Notes under the pieces: generated by a model
Databases searched by the model: none
What the model was told of the DNA's origin: nothing
The model's input: only the letters and a program-made list of their open reading frames with translations
Program-made: the position numbers and the translations under genes
Part shown: piece after piece, positions 15,401 through 22,151 of the stretch
Layout of the letters: each line of letters starts with the position of its first letter
Position numbering within the stretch: the first letter of the stretch is position 1
Source of the DNA: a virus
Lineage: Duplodnaviria > Caudoviricetes
DNA: 35,787 nucleotides
Virus record (IMG/VR): IMGVR_UViG_3300025018_000328
Span: 1-35,787 of that record
Reading direction: 5' to 3' (one strand)

Positions 15401-18208
15401 TTATTACAAGAATCTGGCATTACGTGTGATGACAGTAATAATTTAACCGGACTTGGCACGTTAAACACTCGTACAATAGCAAATTGGGTAGACGGACCAG
15501 GAACCTCAACCGATGGCTATATAGCGTTATGGGACGGTGTAACCGGTAAATTATTAAAAGATTCAACCTATGATCCTTCTACCATAGTAATTGGCCCGGC
15601 AAGTTCAACCGACACAGCAATTGCTTTGTATAATGGTATTACTGGGAAAATAATCAAAGATTCAGTAGTGTTGGTTGATGTTAGCGGGAATTTAACTGGG
15701 CTTGGCACGTTAAACACTCGTACAATAGCAAATTGGGTAGACGGACCAGGCAGTGCAAGTGACGAGGCTATTGCAAGATTCGATTTAACCACAGGAAAAC
15801 TTATACAAAATAGTGGAGTATTGATAAGTGATACTAATGTTATAACCGGGGTGACTTCAATTGTATCCGGTAAAGTAGTGGTTCAAAATAATGCTGTAGC
15901 TGCAGCACCGGCGTATGTAAGTACATATACCGCACCTTTCACACAAACCGGAGCAATGACGGGGTTGGTATTAGATTATGACACTAATTTTACCACAAAT
16001 GTAAATACCTTCGCTGGTGTAGTAATAAAAATAGACGGCACAGATGAAACAGGGAAAGTATTTTTCAATTTCTTTAAAGATGCTGGCAGTGTTGCCTCAA
16101 TGGATATAAACGGTAATTTAGTTTGCGGAACTGTAAATGGCGTTAATGTAACAACGCTTACGGGGGATGTAAGCGGCCCCGGTATAGCAGTCACAGACAA
16201 CGCCATTCCAAGGTGGGACACTACAAGCGGAACAAATATCCAAGGATCAGGCGTAATTATAGATGATAGTAATAATATAACAGGGGTTAATAATTTAACT
16301 TTAGGTGGGGGAACGATAACGCTTTCTGTTGACACTAATTTTGTATTAACAGGCGGTGTAAATGGAGTTTCATTTGATAGCGGAGTACTTTCAATTGATG
16401 CAGCTAATAATCGAGTAGGTATCAACACAACTGCACCGACTGCAAGTTTTAATGTAAATGGCGGCACTACTCTTTTTGGCTCTGTTGGAACTGATGGATG
16501 GATAGCAACGGGTGCAAGTGGGGTTGGGGGATTTAGTAGCGAAACAAGAACTACATACGCATTTACGGGACTAACAAACACTGGAACTGGGATTAATTGG
16601 GGATTATATCAAGGGGTTAAATACACTACAGGTATAATTAGCGGGGGTAGTGAATCCCAAGCGGACGTTGCCGTTAGTTATGATATTGATATACCAAGAT
16701 GTACTTTAGGGGCTGAAGTAAGGGATTATTATGGGATTCGTACTCGAGCATTTGGTGCGACCGTATTTACAGACCAATTAACCATTCCCTACAATACAGG
16801 ACTTGTTACTGGACACTTAATTGACCTTGATACGAATATTACATTTACGAATGCAGAACGAAACGTAACAGGACTTGAGATATTAATAGATAGTGGAGTT
16901 TCTGGTTCGTTTACAAGGGATTTAATAGTTGGGAAATCAGACACTACGGTTTCGCTAAGATTGTCTGCAAATGGTGCTGCCGTATTTAACGAAGCGGGCA
17001 ATGCGGTTGATTTTAGAGTTGAGGGAGATACCCAAGATGAGCTTTTATTAATTAGAGGGGATGTCGATAAGATTAAAATTGGTAACTATAGTACATCAGA
17101 AGACTTTTTTGCCAGATTAACGGTTACAATTCCAACTTCTGCTCTTGGAAACCCAAGAGTACTTGGAGTTTATAGTGGAACATTAACCGGAATAGCTGCA
17201 AGCAGTTCTCAGGGAACAATACTTATATCTCCTGGCTCTCAAGAGCGCGCAACCGGTAATATAACTGGTGGCGATTTTGCAGATAGTAAAATATTTGGAC
17301 CAGAGTACAAAGCGGTTGGCGCATCAACTTATACCCATACCAATGCGCTATATGTAGCCGCTAGTTCTCAAGGAGCTAATGTTACTATAACAAATAATTG
17401 GGCTTTAGGATTAAGTGGTTCTGCTCAAATGATAGGCGGTGGCTTTTATATTGATCGTACAGGAGGTACGGGAACAACAGCGGTTCCAACTAGTGCGCTT
17501 GATTTACATGTTGCTGATAACGGGACTTGTGCTATTATGCGAATCAATGCAACTCAAGCAAATGTCACGGCATCGGATACGTTTATAGAATTTAGATCAA
17601 CGTCTGGGGTAGAAGGATCGATTGCAGGAACTGGATCGGCCGGAGTGTTGGCATATAATACTTTTACAGGAAGCCATTGGTCTCAATTCGATGATTCGAG
17701 GGTTAAGGTTGAAAAGAAGGTTGAAAAGAAAGTGGATAAATTTAAAAAGATAGAATCTTATACGGAACAAGATAAGGACGGAAAAACCGTTTATAAAGAG
17801 AGAGAAGTTGAATGTGAAGAGGAAAAAGAGATTATACTTAATTATGCAAACATTGAAGATGGAACATTACTAGTTACATCCGGTAAAATATGTAAATGGG
17901 AAGGGGAAGTTGCAAATCATCTTCCGATGGTAAAACTAAGCGATAAAAAAGAAGATAAAAAGATTTATGGCGTATTTGGTGGATGCGACAAAGACGGCGA
18001 TGTTATGGTTTTAGCAATTGGTTCAGGTTTAATTTTAGTTTGTGATGAGGGTGGGAAAATAGAATCCGGTGATTTACTATGTTCGTCTTCAAAGCCCGGA
18101 TATGCAATGCGATATGATGGAAACGATATGCGAGTTGTGGTTGCTAAGGCTAGGGAAGACTTTAACTCTAAGAATGGTAAAATTGCATGTACTCTATTAG
18201 GAGGTTAA
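12431..18208 (+). CDS. Giant repeat-rich fibre protein (1925 aa) with a putative C-terminal intramolecular-chaperone-like domain
   Basis: Thr/Gly/Ser/Asn-rich, with about 8 GPxxSTDNAIARFDG-type repeats and a KITGLGDPTNPQDAVTKN fibre motif. The C-terminal FTGSH...GDLLCSSSKPGYAM domain has a different, charged composition. Confidence 0.82.
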   Translation: MATFKQQNADKFRFNHVITGTGVIGNTSYPIEAERSLRVVVLGADATNAIVVRGRILTGPDASAWVDLATVTADTTGTTIAVDIYDELQFECTVFDAVSTSLEVWASGFVNITPASSTVGNVDGPLTSTDNAVARWDGAAGDTLQDSGIIISDGNVITGATNIISGKHVSLNNANAAFVSAYDTPTTQTADQNGLVLDYDTNFTTNSNALTGVVINIDGTDVTNKFFVVALKDSVPVFTVDIDGNVFFDGTINGTDPALFIIGPGLSTDNALVVYDGVDGALAKDSGLLASPTINDLVVPGVFESKSLFYVNAGDFVSVGTQTPQVGSLVVLESASTSEVLELNSQIAGNTGVVLTANHLETGALNNAIFSINANAWDDIFSSLQIYSQILFSIIDPTNTTQTGKIDFYVMESGIATNIMQLSGDGQINLNHITTITNDQDDNTLKLISTNGVSQLGPSISFFYDNTVGVAGDIVGDLHTQGKNAAGDTINYTRLMMTIGDPAAGSEIGMFDFQVRNGAAFNSILTIDADGPKVDSNLLAASSVISVTDNALVRFDGVTGAIIQDSTATIDDTGVLTMAGEIAMGTNKITGLGDPTNPQDAVTKNHFDTAQVASNVSMSVIGAPTYSSVQDLQNVFHSAGWLSGGDVTDNLDGTVAVASGTGAIRSGASAVSELLFFDWAASASKALTDLVQNYIYIDYNAGTPAIVVSISPQTDFFQFIELARVYRKGTELHINESFRQAVGDHASLMLQFNEDIMPYAHASGSAISETGTRNIGVTAGVFWQGLTRFTTTAFDSSVAGTFSYFYRDGIGGWTEVTAQTQIDNTQYDDGSGALATLTNNRYGVHWIYQETDSDIVVIYGRGDYNTLAAAQDADPFNDVPPRISTQGYLIGKIIIQKSASSFAEINSVFESSFSISPTNNHNELSGIQGGAATEYYHLTTSEHTVATQAATTSLDGFLSSTDWNTFNDKVDGPASSSDNIIPKFDLTTGKLLQESGITCDDSNNLTGLGTLNTRTIANWVDGPGTSTDGYIALWDGVTGKLLKDSTYDPSTIVIGPASSTDTAIALYNGITGKIIKDSVVLVDVSGNLTGLGTLNTRTIANWVDGPGSASDEAIARFDLTTGKLIQNSGVLISDTNVITGVTSIVSGKVVVQNNAVAAAPAYVSTYTAPFTQTGAMTGLVLDYDTNFTTNVNTFAGVVIKIDGTDETGKVFFNFFKDAGSVASMDINGNLVCGTVNGVNVTTLTGDVSGPGIAVTDNAIPRWDTTSGTNIQGSGVIIDDSNNITGVNNLTLGGGTITLSVDTNFVLTGGVNGVSFDSGVLSIDAANNRVGINTTAPTASFNVNGGTTLFGSVGTDGWIATGASGVGGFSSETRTTYAFTGLTNTGTGINWGLYQGVKYTTGIISGGSESQADVAVSYDIDIPRCTLGAEVRDYYGIRTRAFGATVFTDQLTIPYNTGLVTGHLIDLDTNITFTNAERNVTGLEILIDSGVSGSFTRDLIVGKSDTTVSLRLSANGAAVFNEAGNAVDFRVEGDTQDELLLIRGDVDKIKIGNYSTSEDFFARLTVTIPTSALGNPRVLGVYSGTLTGIAASSSQGTILISPGSQERATGNITGGDFADSKIFGPEYKAVGASTYTHTNALYVAASSQGANVTITNNWALGLSGSAQMIGGGFYIDRTGGTGTTAVPTSALDLHVADNGTCAIMRINATQANVTASDTFIEFRSTSGVEGSIAGTGSAGVLAYNTFTGSHWSQFDDSRVKVEKKVEKKVDKFKKIESYTEQDKDGKTVYKEREVECEEEKEIILNYANIEDGTLLVTSGKICKWEGEVANHLPMVKLSDKKEDKKIYGVFGGCDKDGDVMVLAIGSGLILVCDEGGKIESGDLLCSSSKPGYAMRYDGNDMRVVVAKAREDFNSKNGKIACTLLGG
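15452..15750 (+). repeat. Exact 50-bp direct repeat within the fibre gene
   Basis: CTTGGCACGTTAAACACTCGTACAATAGCAAATTGGGTAGACGGACCAGG at 15452-15501 and 15701-15750. Confidence 0.95.
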
Positions 18209-18209
18209 T

Positions 18210-18335
18210 ATGCGTTTTGATTGGTGGTTATTTTTTGTAAGACTATCTCAACATTTGCCAAAAGTAATTTTGAAAAGTATTTTATTTATACACAACGTAA
18301 TCACTAGTTTTTTAAAATTATTACTAGGAAGGTAA
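18210..18335 (+). CDS. Small amphipathic protein (41 aa) absent from the ORF track
   Basis: AGGAGG SD (18199-18204), ATG at 18210 and TAA ending at 18335; fills the gap almost exactly. Sequence MRFDWWLFFVRLSQHLPKVILKSILFIHNVITSFLKLLLGR. Confidence 0.6.
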   Translation: MRFDWWLFFVRLSQHLPKVILKSILFIHNVITSFLKLLLGR

Positions 18336-18338
18336 AAA

Positions 18339-19214
18339 ATGAGTAGCGTAATATTTGATACCGACAAGGTTAAGACTTTATTAAGCGGCGGCATAAATTT
18401 CAACGACGAGGCTTCACACTTAGTGGGTACGTTGGATCCTACAAGTGTTGCAGTGAATGCGCCTAAAGGAAGCTTGTACTCGTCTATTACTACGGGAAAC
18501 ACCTATCGTAAAACAGATGCGGGAAGCACAACTAATTGGATTATTTTAGATTCAGGCGGCACGTCTGCTTTAATAAGTGATGGGGGAACTCAACTTGATG
18601 TGAATATATCCGGCGGGGTTAATTTTAATAATGATACTAGAATAATTAACGGCACCGACGATCCAACGTCTGTAGCAAAAACAGGAGAAATCGGTAGTTT
18701 GTATCAAGAAACAACGGTAGGGGCTTTATATGTAAAAAAAGACACAGGAAGTTCTACGAATTGGAATAGATTTGAAATTCATGACCCCGCATATGTTCAA
18801 GTCATGAGAACAATTGATCAAATTATTGTAACTGGTGGGGCACCTCAAACAATTCTTTTTGATTCTGTAAAATTTGAAGAACCTGCTGGATTATATAATC
18901 CAGCAACTGGGATTTTCACTGTAGGAGTGACCGGAGTATATACGGTAAGTGTAAATTTTGTTTTACGAGCTGGTTTTTCAAATTCAACTGTAACAATAGG
19001 ATTTAGTGGAATAGAAGCTAGCTTTGGTGTTGATTATACAGTTACTTTTGATACCGACAATTTGGGATATGATCATGCTGTGTCTGCTAGCGTAATGGCA
19101 TTTAAAGCTGCAACAGACACATTGGGAATTTATGTTTCTAACGTGAGCGGTGGCGGATCCGTGGTGGCTGTTGGAAACAAATGTTCTTTATCTATAAAAA
19201 AGGAGATTATGTAA
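18339..19214 (+). CDS. Fibre/spike protein: two tandem N-terminal repeats and a C1q/TNF-like head
   Basis: GG(I/V)NFN...GT.DPTSVA....GSLY..T.G..Y.K.D.GS.TNW occurs twice, 75 aa apart. The C-terminal ILFD...YNPATGIFT..VTGVY.VS fits the C1q signature. Confidence 0.75.
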   Translation: MSSVIFDTDKVKTLLSGGINFNDEASHLVGTLDPTSVAVNAPKGSLYSSITTGNTYRKTDAGSTTNWIILDSGGTSALISDGGTQLDVNISGGVNFNNDTRIINGTDDPTSVAKTGEIGSLYQETTVGALYVKKDTGSSTNWNRFEIHDPAYVQVMRTIDQIIVTGGAPQTILFDSVKFEEPAGLYNPATGIFTVGVTGVYTVSVNFVLRAGFSNSTVTIGFSGIEASFGVDYTVTFDTDNLGYDHAVSASVMAFKAATDTLGIYVSNVSGGGSVVAVGNKCSLSIKKEIM

Positions 19215-20621
19215 ATGCCGTTTATAACATTAACCAGTGGGTTAACAATAAAAGTTCCAACACTAGGGACTCGTAATTGGGGTACCACTATTTTTACCGA
19301 TACGTGGACAAAAATATCTCAACATGCTCATACGGGTTCGCCCGACGGAAATCAAATAACTGCAAGTGGCATTGCAGCGGGAACTATTACAACCACACAA
19401 ATTGCTAATGACACAATTTTAAATGAAGATATAAACAGCGCGGCAGCGATAGCGTATAGCAAGCTAGCGTTAACCGATTCAATTGTTAATGCTGATGTAA
19501 ATTCAGCGGCAGCAATAGATTATAGTAAACTAGCATTAACAGATAGCATCGTTAATGCAGATGTTAACAGCGCGGCAGCGATAGCGTATAGTAAGTTAGC
19601 GTTAACCGATTCAATAGTAAATGCAGATGTTAACACCGCAGCGGCAATAGTATATAGCAAGCTAGCGTTAACCGATTCAATCGTTAATGCTGATATAAAC
19701 AGTGCGGCAGCGATTGCGTATTCTAAGTTAGCAATAGCGGACTCGGATTTAACAATTGCAAAGACCTCGGGATTACAAGCTGCTTTAGATAGTAAGTTAG
19801 GCGATTCGTTAGCAGACGGAAAAGTTTGGATTGGAAATGTGAGTAATCTTCCAATTGAAATTACATTATCAGGAGATGTAACGGTTAGTAATGCAGGGGT
19901 AACAACAATCGGAGCAGCTACGGTTACCAATACAATGTTAGCGGGAAGTATTGACGACTCTAAATTAAATACGATTACTACGACTAATAAAGTTTCAGGA
20001 AGTGCAATACAATTACAAGTTAATAAAGGAATAACAGACAGCACAGGGTTAGGACTATTACTTGACGGGGCTACCTTATCAGTAGGAGCAAGTGGGTTAA
20101 AAGTTAACTTAATTACTAATACAGAAGTGGATAACGCTGCCGGCATAGCATATAGCAAGCTAGCATTAACCGATTCAATCGTTAATGCGGATGTTAACAG
20201 TGCAGCAGCAATAGCGTATTCTAAGTTAGCATTAACCAACAGCATTATAACGGGAGATATTGTAGACAATAATATCACTAGCGGTAAAATAGCTTTAAAC
20301 CTTGCTTTAGGAAACGCGTCAACGTTAACACCGGCAGGAACTACTGAAACTTTGAATTTCGATTTAGGAAACAATCAAATAATAGACTTAGGATCTGCAA
20401 GTGGAGATGTAACCTTAACGTTATCAAATCCACAAACAGGAGCTAAGTATATAATACTTGTAATTCAAGGAGTAACTCCAAGAGATTTAATCTGGCCAGC
20501 AGCTTGTTTGTGGCCTCAAGGACAAAAACCGATAATCAATACAGCAAGTGAAACACATAAGATAGAATTATTTTATAACGGTACAAATTACTTTGGTGAT
20601 TGGAACGTTAATTACTCATAG
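19215..20621 (+). CDS. Tail fibre-like protein with 22-aa repeats
   Basis: N-terminal P..G..NWG...H.HTG..G..I attachment-like motif, seven DSIVNADVNSAAAIAYSKLALT-type repeats, and a C-terminal beta domain (TLTLSNPQTG...IWPAACLWPQG). Confidence 0.8.
   Translation: MPFITLTSGLTIKVPTLGTRNWGTTIFTDTWTKISQHAHTGSPDGNQITASGIAAGTITTTQIANDTILNEDINSAAAIAYSKLALTDSIVNADVNSAAAIDYSKLALTDSIVNADVNSAAAIAYSKLALTDSIVNADVNTAAAIVYSKLALTDSIVNADINSAAAIAYSKLAIADSDLTIAKTSGLQAALDSKLGDSLADGKVWIGNVSNLPIEITLSGDVTVSNAGVTTIGAATVTNTMLAGSIDDSKLNTITTTNKVSGSAIQLQVNKGITDSTGLGLLLDGATLSVGASGLKVNLITNTEVDNAAGIAYSKLALTDSIVNADVNSAAAIAYSKLALTNSIITGDIVDNNITSGKIALNLALGNASTLTPAGTTETLNFDLGNNQIIDLGSASGDVTLTLSNPQTGAKYIILVIQGVTPRDLIWPAACLWPQGQKPIINTASETHKIELFYNGTNYFGDWNVNYS
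19410..19739 (+). repeat. 66-bp coding tandem repeat, 5 copies (2 more at 20106-20237)
   Basis: Repeated GATTCAATxGTTAATGCxGATGTxAAC...TAxAGxAAGxTAGCxTTAACx units that diverge mainly at synonymous sites. Confidence 0.93.
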
Positions 20622-20633
20622 GAGACAAACTAT

Positions 20634-20903
20634 ATGGCAATAGCAACAGAGGCAGCTAAAGGAGCGGCTAGTGGAATGTGGGCAGGTTTTCCAGGTGCGG
20701 TGTTTGGCGGGACATTAGGCGCATTAGGAAGCTATCTTCAAGCGAAGGAATTAAAAAAACAAAAGAAAATGGAATTACAAGTAAATGCAGCAGATAAACT
20801 AGCGGCATCAAGACAAAATGCCGCACAAATGAAACTACAAGGACAACAAGATGCTTATAATAGAATGATGCAAGCATATCAAGCAGCACTAGGAGGTTAT
20901 TAA
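20634..20903 (+). CDS. Putative small internal virion/ejection protein
   Basis: AGGAG SD. Gly/Ala-rich hydrophobic N-terminus followed by a Gln/Ala coiled coil. Confidence 0.6.
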   Translation: MAIATEAAKGAASGMWAGFPGAVFGGTLGALGSYLQAKELKKQKKMELQVNAADKLAASRQNAAQMKLQGQQDAYNRMMQAYQAALGGY

Positions 20904-20904
20904 A

Positions 20905-21198
20905 ATGATGAATTGGAATATGGAAGAAGAAGAAAGTGACAAAGAAGCAATGCCATTTAAAGTTAAAGAAGCCTATGATAATTTATGCGATGCTTTAAAT
21001 GAAGCTGGGATGGATGAACCGAGCTTTTTTAAAAACATGTCGAAAGGCAAAGAAGAGTATGAAGACAAGGCAATGCCTGTAGAGGAAGGAGACAAAGAAC
21101 AACCGGAAATGGAAGGCAAAGACGCTAAGAAAAACATGATCATGATGATACTTAAGAAAAAAAAACTTGGTAAATATAAAGAACAAGAGGAAATGTAA
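20905..21198 (+). CDS. Hypothetical Glu/Lys/Met-rich protein
   Basis: AGGAGG SD; low-complexity charged sequence; stop overlaps the next start. Confidence 0.7.
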   Translation: MMNWNMEEEESDKEAMPFKVKEAYDNLCDALNEAGMDEPSFFKNMSKGKEEYEDKAMPVEEGDKEQPEMEGKDAKKNMIMMILKKKKLGKYKEQEEM

Positions 21199-22142
21199 TG
21201 TCACTAAGAAGAGTGGATTTATTAGTTAACGAATGTAGAACACAAACCGGAAACGAGGATTTTTCAGAAAATGCCGGGATATCTGATGAGCAAATTATAG
21301 CCTATATAAATCGGGGGCAAGAGAGATTACAAAGTTTAATATTTGCTGTAAATCCTGAAATGTTTTTAACAGAGTCTACTATTTCCACAACCGCTAATAC
21401 TAATTCTTATGACGTGCCTTCACTTGCATATATAAAAGGGCGTGTTCAATTAGTTGAGTACACTTCCATTAGTTCGGACTCAACACAATATTATCAATTA
21501 GACCAGGCGCCGTTGAATGAAAAACGTGAGTGGATGCAAGGAGAACCGTGTTATTACATAAGACGTGGCACTAATCTTCTTATTTATCCAATACCACAAA
21601 CAAGCAATGGGTTATTAAAAGTAACCTATCAAAAAACACTACCTAAATTAGATAAACGTAGAGGCACGGTTTTAAGTGCTGTATTAGACTCTGGAACGTC
21701 TACAATCACAACCTTAACTATGGATGTAAATGAGTTTTTAGATACCATTACACCGTTAAATAACGGTCTTATTACAATTGTAGACACTTATGGTTCAATA
21801 AAAATGAAAGGCATACCAATAACAGCGATCAATGAAACAACCGGGGTTGTAACAGTTGCTTCATTTACCTATGCATCTGGGGAAACAATATCAGCCGGAG
21901 ATTTTATGGTCACGGGAAATTACAACACTACACACTCTGAATTGTCTGATATGTGTGAAAGGTATTTGATCGAGTATGCATGTTATAAAATTTATAAACA
22001 AGATTCTAACAGCGATAGCGTTGGCTCAACAGAAGAGTTACAAGCAATTGAAAGAGATATCGTTGATAGTTATGCGATGACCGATAACGATATTGATTAT
22101 ATACCGATATTAAATCAAACTTATTTGTATTCAGATATATAG
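21198..22142 (+). CDS. Head-tail adaptor (tail tubular protein A-like)
   Basis: Helical N-terminus (SDEQIIAYINRGQ), GEPCYY..RG..LLIYPIP motif and C-terminal YLIEYACYK helix; precedes the nozzle gene. Confidence 0.75.
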   Translation: MSLRRVDLLVNECRTQTGNEDFSENAGISDEQIIAYINRGQERLQSLIFAVNPEMFLTESTISTTANTNSYDVPSLAYIKGRVQLVEYTSISSDSTQYYQLDQAPLNEKREWMQGEPCYYIRRGTNLLIYPIPQTSNGLLKVTYQKTLPKLDKRRGTVLSAVLDSGTSTITTLTMDVNEFLDTITPLNNGLITIVDTYGSIKMKGIPITAINETTGVVTVASFTYASGETISAGDFMVTGNYNTTHSELSDMCERYLIEYACYKIYKQDSNSDSVGSTEELQAIERDIVDSYAMTDNDIDYIPILNQTYLYSDI

Positions 22143-22151
22143 TGAAAAAAC

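Noticed and set aside
15452-15750. Exact repeat pair as a diversity-generating retroelement TR/VR
   Set aside because: There is no reverse transcriptase, no adenine-specific mismatches, and both copies are in-frame parts of one gene.
19410-19739. 66-bp periodicity resembling a CRISPR array
   Set aside because: The whole unit repeats with codon-position variation inside an ORF; there are no unique spacers and no cas genes.
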